Origin: Epiperipatus broadwayi
Lineage: Eukaryota > Animalia > Onychophora
NCBI GenBank assembly: GCA_028023455.1
Contig: JAQFVV010000005.1
Coordinates: 14,136,001-14,200,000 of the forward strand
Length of the DNA: 64,000 nt
Direction: 5' to 3'
In this document: one piece after another, positions 10,470 to 22,900 of the stretch
Numbering within the stretch: the stretch's first letter is position 1
How the letters are laid out: each line of letters begins with the position of its first letter
Notes under the pieces: model-generated
Database searches by the model: none
The model's input: only the letters and a program-made list of their open reading frames with translations
Told to the model about the DNA's origin: nothing
Made by a program: the position numbers and the translations under genes

Positions 10470-12770
10470 TACAGAATAAAGGTGTCTTTAAATTTCATCC
10501 ATTTTTTCTGTTTTAGTCTTTTTTCCATATAATACCAGTAAACTTTTTTATTTCACGATTCATCTTGTGTGTTTTCTTTCTGTGACTTTTTCAATTTCTT
10601 GGAATGCAATTTGCAACCCAATTTCTTTACAGTCTTTTAATCATTTTTTCATCAATGTATTTTGCTTTCAATTCCTTTTCATTATTTCCACTATATAATC
10701 TCTTTGTCCTTTTTTATGTGATCTGAAATTTCCATATTGTTTTTTTTTTTTGTTAAATGTTTAAAGTTTAAATCCACAAGCAAGAACTGGAAAAATACAT
10801 TTATTAAAAACCTTCATTTTCAAATAAATATGCACATTTTCTTTTGCTATCAACCTATTTCTATCAATTCTATAATTAATTTCATTCATTATGTTTCTAT
10901 CTATATTAATAATTTGACCAAGATATATGTACTTACTAACTTCTAATTCATAATTATCAATCTTTATTTTCTTTTGAGAAAATACATTAAACATTATTAT
11001 ATATAAAATTAAAAGTGTGTGACTGCTTGAAAGAGAAACTATAGAGAGTGTAAAAAATATTAAACGCTAAGCACTTTCGAGACCATTTGCCTCATATTAT
11101 TTAATATTTGTCTTTAATCTTACTTTGTTCTTGGTTGATAATTCTTCCAAAATTTTCTGATGCTCTGAAGCATTATATTAAAAATCAATCAATATCATCT
11201 GCAAAATTTATATGACTTAAATAAGATCTATGAATTTTTATTCCCTTAACTACCCATTTTAAACTATATAATTCTTTTTGTAATTACAAAAAGTTTTAGA
11301 AATATGAAATCACCCCGTTTACACTCTTATCAATATTAATCTTGTTGTTATCATATAATCTGATAATATCCTTGTTCTATATTAATCTTGTTGTTATCAT
11401 ATTATGATAATATCCTTGTTCTATATTATAGTAATTCAAAGCTTTATTCATTTTGAAAGTGCTATTAAATGCTTTTTCATAATTTACAAATCCAAAGAAT
11501 AATAGCATCACATATTCATTAGTCTTTTCTATAACTTATCTCAATATTTGGATGTGATTGAATATCACTCTTAAAAACAACTTATGATTTGGCTCCAAAT
11601 TTAGCAGTAGTCAAGTTTTAATTATATTGATAACGATCTTTTATTGAAATTATAAAAAACTAATGAAGTTAATAATTTGTAATTTCTTCATGACCTTAAA
11701 ATATCAATATGGTACATCTTTATTAGTTAAACATTTAGTATAAAATTTTGCCAGCAGTTTTTCGATTTCTTTACTTTTAATATATGAATTATAATTCCAT
11801 CATTTTCTGGAACTTTTCTCTTTTTCCTACATTTACTTGCATCTCATCTCTTTATAAAAGACAGTAATTATATCACTAATAGTTTCTAGTTCTTTATTAG
11901 TATAAAATTCTTTATAGAACCTTCATATATTTTTATCTATTCTTTATTGCTGAAACTATTTCCTTTCAATATCAAGATGGTGTTTTATTTTTTGAGACTT
12001 ATTCTTTAATTTTCCTTGTCAATTCACAATTATCCTTTTTTATATCATTATTAATTCTTTATATCATTTCATAGAATTTCAGAGATTTAGTTATTAATGG
12101 ATCATTTTAAAATATTTTCATATTCCTATCTTTGTTGCAGTTCTTAGTAGAGTATGTTATTTTCTTATTGATATTTGACAAACTGGAATTATGTTTAATG
12201 TCTATCACTTTTAAAATTATTAACAAACTTGAATTTAAGTTCGTTGGAGAGTTATTAAGTTAGGGATATCAATTGTCAATATTGTCTTTTAAAAATAGTT
12301 TTTGTCTCTCTTCGATTTCACTACAATTATCACTTTTAGTATTAATCTATTAAAAACATTACAGTTGTGAAATATATCTTTTCTGTTAGTCAGAATATTA
12401 TCAGTTTATTGCCCTTTGGATGCTTCCATTTAATACTTTTCTTCAAAAAAATAATATACAATGGTTTTTTTTCCTGCAAATTTCCATGCCTTTTCATTTC
12501 TATCACTATAATCAAATTTACCCATAGTATTTTCATTTTTCAGTCATTTCCCATTTCTAGTGTTCCTGTAATTTTCGAATGTTTGGTGTGATCAAAAACG
12601 CATTTATATATAAATTCTCGTATTTCTTCACCAAAATGAGAATTTGGTGGATCATAAACCTGAAATTATCTTTATTTGGTATCTTTCCATTAAGTTGAAT
12701 AACCTAATCTTGTTACTCTGATATATTGTCAATCTATTTTTTTTATTCATGGTAAATGTAGTCCACCTAT
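10470..12770 (-). mobile_element. Decayed RTE-clade non-LTR retrotransposon (APE + RT)
   Basis: Minus-strand relics: IKII-QVY-P...EEIREFY (endonuclease, ~12600-12680) and YIYLGQ...EINYRI...LKMKVFNKCIFPVL (post-RT, 10761-10994), with many stops. Boundaries are approximate. Partial copy at ~36470-37941. Confidence 0.8.
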
Positions 12771-12923
12771 ATTTTTAATATCTCCACATTTTAAATTGTC
12801 TCTTTATCTTTTTTTCCAATATTACCAAGTTCAACAATGTCTCATTCAAATTAGACAATCCTTCTAATACACATAAACATCTTTCAGTTGAAAATGATCT
12901 CCAGTTGTAGAAACTTTTTTTTT

Positions 12924-12986
12924 CAGGAAGCAAATCCGCACCAGTTGCTTGGAAGGTAGCTATGCTAACCACTTGGCCACCAACAC
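12924..12986 (-). pseudogene. tRNA-Gly(TCC)-derived pseudogene or SINE head, 3'-truncated, followed by an A-run
   Basis: GTGTTGGTGGCCAAGTGGTTAGCATAGCTACCTTCCAAGCAACTGGTGCGGATTTGCTTCCTG resembles eukaryotic tRNA-Gly-TCC. The T-arm is degenerate and the 3' acceptor strand is missing. Confidence 0.75.
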
Positions 12987-13029
12987 TTGACAGTTGTACA
13001 AACTTATGGCAATCTGGGCAGACAATTAA

Positions 13030-13430
13030 ATTCTTAACACTTTTGCTTTATGCTATCAATTAGTGCCTTGACTAACATGTTTATAGCCTCCTGGGAATGA
13101 CTAAGTAGTTTTGACATAATTGTAATTATTTTTGAAAAACATCATTCACACACGCAGTCATTCTACATTTTAAAAAAAAGATGTTTTAGACAAAAACAAT
13201 TATGCAACTCAAAAGACCATGATGTTTTGGAGAGATAAAAGGCTAGTGAATTCTCTATGCTAGATAATGTATATTGTTGAGCAGCTCATTCATATTTGTT
13301 TAACATATAGTAAGAACTGTAATGATATGGATGTTAAGAATTTACCCTGCTTGATTTCTTTAGATTTCAAAAAGAAATCAAAGAATCTTCTTTCAATTAA
13401 TGACAAATTCCCTTATTCCATCCTGGATTG
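13030..13430 (+). mobile_element. Possible non-LTR RT remnant
   Basis: Relics PISALTNM, DNVYIVEQL-like and LISLDFKK resemble early RT motifs; heavily disrupted. Confidence 0.4.
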
Positions 13431-14106
13431 GTAATTTTTTGTGAGGCAAGAAGTCTAAATCATTTGCATAGCAAAGTAATTTTAGTACTCCATATAATTA
13501 CATCTTAAGAATTTTCTTAGATTAACAATTACAGGAACAGAACTTTTCAATTTAATGTATAACATAATTTTCATATTCTTTCATTACCTTTTTAAAAAAT
13601 GTACATATTAAATAAAATTTATAAAATATTTGTAGTACATCTTCATTCTTGTATTATTTATTTAGTTTCTGTGCATGTGTATGTCAAAGAATAATTATTA
13701 AAGTGGCATTCATGTGCATCAAATAGATTCTCTTTTAGCAGAAATATGGCAATGTAAAAGATTGGCACATGTGTATATATACTGTAACCTACAAATATAT
13801 AAACTGACTAACTATTGCCACCAATGCTTCTTTCAGATGATCACTCAGTATCTTACAACCGAATGAAAGTCAACACATCCGGCATGCCACTTTATAATCC
13901 AATTAAAAGCAGCTAACGGAAAAATAAATGTCTAATTATAATCAATAAAAGGGATAAAAACAAAACATTATTGTACAAGCTAATCTCAGTGAGGTTCAAT
14001 ATGTCATATGCCACAATAATAAAAGAAAAGGGTTACATAATTGAAATAATTATCATTAAGATAAAAAGACATCAATGACTTAAGAGGAGAATTCTCATAC
14101 TCTTAC

Positions 14107-14327
14107 AAAAGTCATTAAAGATTACACTAAAATTCTTTACATCTACCACTGCCACATTTCTTATCAATCTTTTAAGCATTTTATTGCAATGATCAGAGGA
14201 AACATTTGATTTATAAAACATACCATGTTTTCTTAAATATTTGCCACAATGATATCTTATTTGAAACAATTTCTTCTTTAGCAATAATAATTTCTTTACT
14301 AAGATGGTTTGTAAATAAATTGGATAT
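14107..14327 (-). CDS. Candidate internal exon of an unidentified minus-strand gene
   Basis: Open frame YPIYLQTILVKKLLLLKKKLFQIRYHCGKYLRKHGMFYKSNVSSDHCNKMLKRLIRNVAVVDVKNFSVIFNDF; GTAAGA donor; weak acceptor. Confidence 0.4.
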
Positions 14328-15189
14328 CTCAGGGTGAATATGATTAAATTTGATTATGATAAAATAAATACGTTTTTAACTCTTGTCGATTATTTAGCAA
14401 AGAATGAAATATGACCCCCACAATTATGATGATAATAATAACATTAATATTTTAAAATAAACATGACAAACTCTTAATTTAGAATAATAGAAAAATAATC
14501 TATTAGGATAACATTCAGATATTGAGAATGGATGAGGGATTTTATGACCATTCTAAATATTACATTAATAAACCTACTTTAAACATTTCTGAACTTAAAT
14601 GAAATGATTTCATGATCTTAACTTATGGAATAATAGCATAATCTTATAAATATGAAAGCTAATTTAAAATCAGCATAGTGATCTTTAAGAAATAAAATTG
14701 ACTAAAGTGATCCTGAATGACAAATATGCAATTATGATTTTTTTCTTCAACAAAACCATGTCTTTCTTAGAGATATTTCTAATATCTTAGATGCAATTTG
14801 ATTAAAGTGACTAATGCATAAAGATTTAAAGTAATTTATACTACTCATGGTTTTTATTAGATTTCTAAATAATGAATGGATGATGTGGAAAAATGACTAT
14901 AAGAAAAATTTAACAATAAAACAATATTTTCACATTAAACAAAGAACCAATCTGATATATCGTCTAGTGCCATTAAGGAAAACCTTATACAGATAAGTTT
15001 TTTTTTTAATATGAGAAAATTTACAGCTTACAAGTTTATTATGCAAAAATAATAAATAAATATTAATATAGCTTCTTCATAAAACTTTTTACAAATTTGA
15101 ATACGACTAAGTTCTCATATTTACATAACATTCATACTATTAAAATATTCCTTATGAATATTTAATACAATTTAAAATTATAAGCTTAC

Positions 15190-15233
15190 CAATCCAGTGA
15201 GAAATGGATATTATAGAAGATATACATTATTTT
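15190..15233 (-). CDS. Candidate 44-nt exon of the same gene
   Basis: TTTTGGCAG acceptor, KIMYIFYNIHFSLD, G|GTAAG donor. Phase-compatible with exon 16265-16414. Confidence 0.35.
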
Positions 15234-15882
15234 CTGCCAAAATGTAACTTAAAATTTTGAGTCTTCATTATTTATCAAGTTTACATTCTAAGTACAAACA
15301 AAGCATAATTACAGGATCTACACATCAACAATATAACTTACATTCAGATAAAATAATTTTGTAACAAAAGATAAGGGTGTCATTCCTCAATACCTGATGA
15401 AAAACATCAATTGCCAGGATTAAGTCATGATAATATATTACCCAACTTTATACAAACTATACTACCAACAAAATAAATCCACATTTGGATGGCACAATAA
15501 AGGTAAAGAAAAAGTTTGATGGCATAAACTTACAAATAAATGCACCTATTTTTGAAAGCAGTGAATAAATGAACTAGGACTTAATCTCTAGTCATGAAGC
15601 AATGAGGATGAACCATCAGAGAATAATAAACTGAGTTTGCCTTAAACAAAGCTCTATGCTTTAATAGAACAAAGGACCATGAAATATATTTGAAAATATA
15701 ATAACATAGACAAAGCGTAATCTACAATCTTCAAAACTATACTGGCAAGATAAACATTCATAGAAAACGAGACTAAGCTATCATCTCAAACAAATATAAT
15801 CACTAACAGATGTATCAAATGATAAATAATTAATGCTAAATCTAGCTTAGTAAATTTATGTAATAAAATAAGTAATAAAAAC

Positions 15883-16192
15883 ATACATCCACTTATACTT
15901 TATTTAGCATAATTATATACCTTCAATAAATAAATAATTCATAAAGGCACAAATAACACTTTCAAAATATATTATTAACTGATAATATTTTGACAATTTT
16001 GACTTAGAATATAAAATTATACCCAAATGATATGATATACATCCACTTATACTTTATTTAGCATAATTATATACCTTCAATAAATAAATAATTCATAAGG
16101 GCACAAATAACATTTTCAAAATATATTATCAACTAATAATATTCTGACAATTTTGACTTAAAATATAAAATTATACCCAAATGATATGATAT
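15883..16192 (+). repeat. 154-bp tandem duplication
   Basis: ATACATCCACTTATAC at 15883 and 16037; two near-identical units. Confidence 0.9.
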
Positions 16193-16264
16193 AAAAATGA
16201 CATAAGCAAAAATCATAAATATTAAAATTTAAACTCTTTTACCATTTATAAAGTAAAATAAAAC

Positions 16265-16414
16265 CTTTTGTTTCCAACTGTGAAATAGGATACTGTTAAT
16301 AAAGCAAAAAAATTTCTGTAGACCATGAAGATATCCCGCACACAATGTGACATCATTAAGTAATATAAATAGTAATTCACAATTATATTTAAATAGAAAA
16401 TATTTAAAATAATG
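16265..16414 (-). CDS. Candidate 150-nt phase-0 exon of an unidentified gene
   Basis: TTTCTGCTAG acceptor, open HYFKYFLFKYNCELLFILLNDVTLCAGYLHGLQKFFCFINSILFHSWKQK, AAG|GT donor. Confidence 0.5.
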
Positions 16415-17368
16415 CTAGCAGAAATGTGTATATATGACCATTTTAATAAATTTTTCATGTAATAAGCAATAACTATTTGACATAATGAAATAGCCATTTA
16501 GCATTGAAAGCATTTTATTAAATAATAATAAGCAGGAGAAACAATTCTTAAAATATTCTTAGAGCAGTTTTCAGACCAATGATGAGAGAGAGAGCAGACA
16601 TCCATTATTAACACAAAATTTTTTATATGAAATTTCATTGAAAATAATATTAAGAATATTGATATTTCCATTTATATATAATTCATAAATACTATAATGA
16701 AATATTTAATAGTATAAAATTTCTGGAATAATATGACTATTGTTTTCTTTCCACAGAGCCAAGAAAATACATTTCTCTCTTTGATATGAAATAGATATAA
16801 TAAATTAAATTTCTTTTTTTATGCTGCTATTATTCTTATAAAAACAGCATAAATAAATATATGTCCTTTTAATATAATTTAACCAAATCAAAGGGTTTCT
16901 GATTAAAATATGCATAATTTTATAGGAGATATTTAAACAATATTCTTGTCATGATAAGCAAGTTATTATTAGCAAATTAAAGTTCTTTATTCAAAATGAA
17001 TTAATGCCAAATAACATTGTTTTAGAAAGATGAGTATCTTTAAGACAAGTATTGTAAAGCAATTAAATAATTTTAAAGTCATTAATACTGCAGAGAAATT
17101 TAAAATATGTTAAAGTAAAATTGAATATCAAATAAACTTTCAAATACGAATTAAAATTAATAATAGTTATGCAGTCAAAGCAATATAATTCTGTCTTTTA
17201 CAATTCCGTAAAGCATGAAATTTAAATAATATAAATTTAACCATCATATAATAACTTATTAAAACGGAAAAACTCACTATACCTATTGCCACACTGCAAG
17301 CTACAGTAATCAATGGATCCTAGAAGGCAAGTGCATAAAATCCCCATCTAAGGCCTAGTCATCCAATA

Positions 17369-17410
17369 TCCCCAGACTAGTTTCTGGCTTGTGGTCTTCG
17401 TCAGTGAGGA
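17369..17410 (-). ncRNA. Type I hammerhead ribozyme, family 2, unit 1
   Basis: Sense TCCTCA CTGACGA A-GAC-CACAA-GCC-A GAAA CTAG TC TGGGGA; palindromic ACTAGT stem III, GUC triplet. Confidence 0.8.
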
Positions 17411-17814
17411 GCCTTGGATCTGAGAGCACTGCACCTAGATCTTAGGATCTAATACAACCCTCCAGCAGCCACCTTTTATCTCCAATTAACTAAAATACTG
17501 AATCTTGAAAACACCTTAATATTTTTAATCCAAGCCTATCAGCTTATATAGTCATATAGGCCTAAACTCAGTTTAGTACCCATACATTTTGGTGTTTTTG
17601 GTTCTTTAATAAACATAGCCACCAATATTCTATTAGGCAGGATTGGTTTTAAGTCAATAAACATCGCATGATCACCATTTCTTATGCTTGTTTATAACTT
17701 ATTAAAACAGGCAAAAACTCACTATGCGTAATGCCACACTGCAAGCTAGAGTAATCAATGGATGCCAGAAAGCTTGTGCATAAAATTCCCCCTCTAGTGC
17801 CTAGTCATCCAATA

Positions 17815-17856
17815 TCTCCAGAATAGTTTCTAGCTTGTAGCCTTCGTCAGTGAGAA
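17815..17856 (-). ncRNA. Hammerhead motif, family 2, unit 2 (stem III mismatch)
   Basis: Sense TTCTCA CTGACGA A-GGCT-ACA-AGCT-A GAAA CTAT TC TGGAGA. Confidence 0.65.
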
Positions 17857-18096
17857 GCCTTGGATTGGAGAGCACTGCACCTAGATCTTATGATCTAATG
17901 CAACCCTCCAGCAGCCACCTTTTATCTCTACTTAACTATAAAACTACGAGTCTTAAATTGAAAACACCTTAGAATTTTCAATCCAAACCTATCAGCTTAT
18001 ATAGTCATATAGGCCTGAACTCAGTTCAGTACACACATTTTGGTGTCTTTGATTCTTTAATAACCATAGCCACCAATATATTATTAGGCAGGATTG

Positions 18097-19320
18097 GAAG
18101 GCAGTGGCTCAGGCATGTGTGAGTTATGTAGGGAAGTTTCATAAATGCTTGGTTGCTATATTAATTTATTAAAGCGTAAACATGCATTCCCCTCCCTATT
18201 TATTATATGATTTTAAAATGTATTTATTTTACGTGTTACATAATTTATATTAAAATAATTATGTTTATTTATAAGTTTCGTTGAGAGTATGCTGGCTATT
18301 AAAATATTAAATTTGAGAGCTATTCTGTTCATTAATGAACCACCCTTTTTCTAAGAATATATATTTTAAATTTGTGTGTTGCTAGCGAACATGCTGGGGT
18401 GTTGAAACTTTACTATTTTCCCAAGGTCGTCAACAGTTGAATCCCTGCCCCTGTTTACTCCACGGTTCCCAGTAACGTGTGATATGAATGTCTCACATGT
18501 GAATTATTTCACATACATCTCCACTGTTTCGAAACTCCTGGGTGTGGGCCAGGCTTGAACTGTGTAAGGACTAGAGATGTCCTGAATAAAAAGGTGAAAT
18601 GCCTATCCAAAGCCCAAATTATTTTATTCATTTTATTTTTTGTAAAGTCGTGGTATCAGAATACTGCATCCCATCCTCGGCATTATATCTCGCTGGCACC
18701 ACCAGACATTCCCCTAGTAATTACTATTAAATGAATTCTAATTACGTTCATTGTAGCTCTATCTTATAATTTAGCTCAACAATTCGCAAGTGACTCTGTT
18801 TAAGTAGTTTTAGGTCATCAATGTTTTTTAATATTTTGCGTAGCTCGCACATATTTAGTTTCGCTGTACTTTAGACACTATAATAAATTATAACCCAAGT
18901 ACGAAGTACCAGAAATGTCATTTATTTTCTTTTATAGCTATCAAACTCATATAGCTAAAACTATTTATCTAATATCTGATTAATAAATATTATATTTAAA
19001 TTCATTTCTTTTATTTATTTATCCAGGGTGCAATCTAAGTTACATACCATAATAGACTTATCTTGGGCATATCTATAAGTCATTGTTAAGCAAGGCTATT
19101 TTAGATTTAGAGTCTCTTGTTTCTCCCTGACTACCGGCACTAGCAGGAAGTTATACTATTAGTAGCATCAGATGCGTTATCATGTAGAGGGCATTGTGGA
19201 GCTTAGACTTTGGATTTGAACTTGGGATTTCTGGGAGGCAACTCTTCCTAGAGTTGAGTTCCATGTCTAGGTTTAAATTCTGCAGTGTGTTAGCGAGATA
19301 GATGAATTTTGACCATTATA
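18097..19320. other. GC-richer insert of unknown class abutting family 2
   Basis: Abrupt compositional shift with CpGs retained; no long ORF, TIR or HHR recognised. Confidence 0.35.
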
Positions 19321-20295
19321 GTATCTGGCAATCATGTATTTGTAATGAAAAAATCAACATAACACAAAGTTTTATAAAAACAAGTTTAACAAAATTTATT
19401 ATTCTATACTTTTAATAAACTATATACAATATTTACAGATATGTTGGATAAAACCAAACAAATATCAAGCTAATTTTATAAAAATTACATACTTCCACAT
19501 TAAAAAAAAAAAATTGATCAACAAATAAATAAGCCTTTACTCCGACTTATAAACTTTTACACATTTACTTAAAATAATAATAATACTAATTTAAAAATAA
19601 AAAAAGTACCCTTATAGTTTAATATAATGTCTATTAATTCATAGTTAAAATGTATGGTTTTCGTAAGTGTACAAGAAAATATAAAATATTGAAATGAACA
19701 TTTATTTTTTAAAATATGTCCATAGATTTTTATAATAAATTAATTAAACTTCTAACATGATAGTGCTAGTATTATTTTAAATATTTATCTTGGTTCGTTC
19801 AATAAATAAATTGACTTTAATAAAATAATATTACTGATGTTCTTTTATATACTTTGCTTGGTACTACTCTAATATGAATCTCTATGTATATGTTTTATGT
19901 ATGTTTAAAACATAAAATAATATTCACAAAAATATAAGCATCCATTCTATTCTGTTATTCATTCTGAATGTCTCTATTTCCTAAAAATATGCATTAACAC
20001 GTTAAATAGCAAAATTATTCAAAAATCTCGTGAATAATTATCAACTCTTTTTATGTTTTTAAAAATGGTTTAATAAAAATATGAAAATATCTATGATTCT
20101 TTATATTTTCTGTTAACATTTGTATTCAATCTTATTTGTATTTGAATTTGACCTAAACCATAACATGAAAAATCTATCTCATCTTCTTTCAAAATAACGA
20201 TACTATAATTCAAAAATTATTTATTATTTTCTTTCAGAAGTACAAGACTATATAATGCAATAACTGTTGAAATTACGATAGTGATACGATGGTAC

Positions 20296-20473
20296 TTGGG
20301 TATTATTCCTGCAACCAAGGAAAGATAGGAGGACTTTTCACATTCGTATCAATACACTGCTAACTTTTTAATGTTATGATTTTGGCAACATCAAACATTA
20401 CAAAGTTAGCAATGCTTTGATAGGAATGTGAAACGTACTCCTTTCTTTCCTTGATTGCAGGAATAATACCCAA
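20296..20473. repeat. Imperfect fold-back (~85-bp arms, ~9-nt loop), MITE-like
   Basis: TTGGGTATTATTCCTGCAACCAAGGAAAG... / ...CTTTCCTTGATTGCAGGAATAATACCCAA. Confidence 0.8.
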
Positions 20474-20979
20474 TAGTTTTAGAAAAATACACAAAAATTA
20501 ATTTTATATGAAATATACACGTACTTCTACGCAATGTAGACGGAGGCAAACAATCAAATTTGACAGACGCAAAGAACCAAATTTTGTAACTTTCATCAGT
20601 TTAAAAAAAAATTGTAGTAATGAAGGCATACTGGATCCATTTTTCTGTACGAATTTAACACAACACAAATATATCTTTTTAAAAGTAAATAAAAAAAAAT
20701 CTATGAAAGAAACATAAGCAGACGATGCTTGAACTCTAAATTTAATCAAATGATTTTAAGCCAAGAAAAATACCGAAATTTGTACGGTTGTGGTTTACAA
20801 AATAATTCTTACATAAAAAAAATGCGATTATCAGCCCCCTCCCCCGCCATTCCTACTTCCCCCCAAATGTTTATAGAACACGTGATTGCGCAGTACATGC
20901 TAAAAAATGGAATCTTACCAAGCAAAGTAAACCAACTGCAATCTATTTTTTGAAACTAATGTTGTCCAAAAAAATAATA

Positions 20980-21880
20980 ACAAAGTCAACATATTTATTC
21001 AATTAGTAAATGAAAAAAAAAACCAGTAAGTTCCTGCAAAAGTCAACGTATTAATTATATATATATATTTTTAAGAACTCTAAATTGCAACACTACAATC
21101 ATTAGTTTTTCGACTGGAAAAATAACTTGAAATTGCAGCAGTTGGTGAGTTGTTTTATAAATAGAATTTAAAATGTTTTTGATCTCAAAGCAAGTAAAAA
21201 AAAAAACAGTAATACTAAAATCTACATATTAATTCAATTAGTAATTAGACAAATGGGTAATTGTAAATTGCAACACTTTGAGTATATGCTTTTTAGATTG
21301 GAAAAGTAACTGGAAATTGTAAAAGCAGCAGCACTTTGAGCAAATCAAAAAGAAACAACAGCAGTAATTATAATCTAGTCACAGCAGTAAATATAAAGTA
21401 AACGTATTAATTCCATTAGTAATTCGAGAAATAACTACGTTGTCGCACTCTGATCAGATAGTTGTTACACTGGCGAAATAACTATAAATTAAAGCACTTT
21501 GAGCAGATCAAAGAAAACAACAGTATTAATTAAGTCAACTTTTTAATTCAGTTACTAAATAAAAAAATAAGTATTAATTTAAGCACTTGGATCAGATGGT
21601 TTTCAGACTTGGGAAATAACTATAAGTTGCAACATTTTGAACAGATAAAAGTAGGGAACAACAATATTAACAAAGTTAACGTATTAATTTAATTCTAAAA
21701 TAAAGAAATATCTGTCAACGAATTATTTCAATTAGTACATCCAAAAATTATTTTAAAATATAGCACTTTTAACAGATAAAAGGAAACAACGGAGTATTAA
21801 CAAAATCAACATTTTAATTCCGTTACTAAATCAAAAAATAAGTGTCATTTTCAGTACTTTGATCAGATTGAATAAAAACT
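20980..21880 (+). repeat. Degenerate tandem array (irregular units of ~130-190 bp)
   Basis: Recurrent AAGTCAACGTATTAATTCAATTAGTAA and GCACTTTGAGCAGATCAAAGAAACAAC blocks. Confidence 0.65.
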
Positions 21881-22849
21881 CAGAAGATTAAATTAAAAAT
21901 GATCAAACAAAATTACAATAACACAAGGGGTACCCAACAAGAAGCAACTTTAAAATGTAAAAAACAAAATTTTCAATCCGCAAATGCAATAATTTCCAAA
22001 AAAAAAAAATGACACTAAGAAGTTTTGACACGTAAGAAATTGTATTTCGTTGACACGTTTTGTGCACGTTCAAAAACACGTTTTTCGAGATGAAAAAAGC
22101 GCGTTTATTTGAACACGTTGCAAGATTACACGTTTTATAAGTTACTTTCCTATTTTCCATAGATCCTACATATAAGCATCCCATTGGTTTCTTTTCATAA
22201 TCCCAAGTCACTATCGCTTAAAAACTTCACAATAGATTTAACAATCTATATCGCAAAAATATCTAGCCTTACTCTAAATAATAAACAAGATTCACGTATG
22301 ACTTCAATAGTCTAAAACTACCATAACAAGAAAAGGTTTCTTCACTTTTAAAACTTTACAATAAAAAGTACAAATGATTTTGTTTTAAGATATTAAAATC
22401 AATATTCAAAATATTTCTAAAATAAGGTTTATCCATTAAAGTATCATAAAAATTATGTATCAATAAATTATATTACATTGGTAATATAAAAGAAAAAGTA
22501 TGCATATCTTTTTAAAAAATCCTAGCTCATATCTTTAGAATAACAATAGTTTTATGTGTAATTAATGCACGCACACATGTTCATATGATAAGGTAATACT
22601 ATAAAAATATTCCAAGCAATTCTAAATATATATATCATGTAAAAATTAATATATTTTACAAATTTACCTAGTGACAATTTGCTTGCTGGTCACTCTTAGA
22701 CGTTTTCTGGTCCAATATTTCATATAAAAAACATAAATAATAATACCACACATTCAGCATTACTACCACATTTAGAAAAATGTATAGAAGAAAAAAACTT
22801 TACAAAGAATTAAAATATTTACACTAAAAAAAAGATCAAATGCTAATGA

Positions 22850-22900
22850 TCACGTGAAAAAAAAATGGCGACGTTTACTTTGTGTGTTACCGCACGTAAG
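22850..22900 (+). promoter_or_regulatory. Promoter-like CpG patch and possible first exon
   Basis: E-box TCACGTGA, YY1-like AAAATGGCG, then a GTAAGT donor at ~22894. Confidence 0.45.

Larger units (their letters stand above)
1..12198 (+). repeat. Segmental duplication, copy A (runs off the window start)
   Basis: Position 1 TGCAGTTATTGTATGGAGAATCTTCTAG matches 28382 onward. The two copies are collinear with scattered indels until ...GGAATTATGTTTAA (12198 / 37941). Confidence 0.95.
17251..18096 (-). mobile_element. Non-coding HHR element family 2: ~445-bp unit, ~1.9 tandem units
   Basis: ATAACTTATTAAAAC at 17251 and 17694; one HHR per unit. Partial related copy in the opposite orientation at ~62345-62470. 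Confidence 0.85.

Noticed and set aside
12775-12972. 65-aa minus-strand ORF
   Set aside because: Its 5' part is the tRNA-Gly pseudogene plus A-run read as codons.
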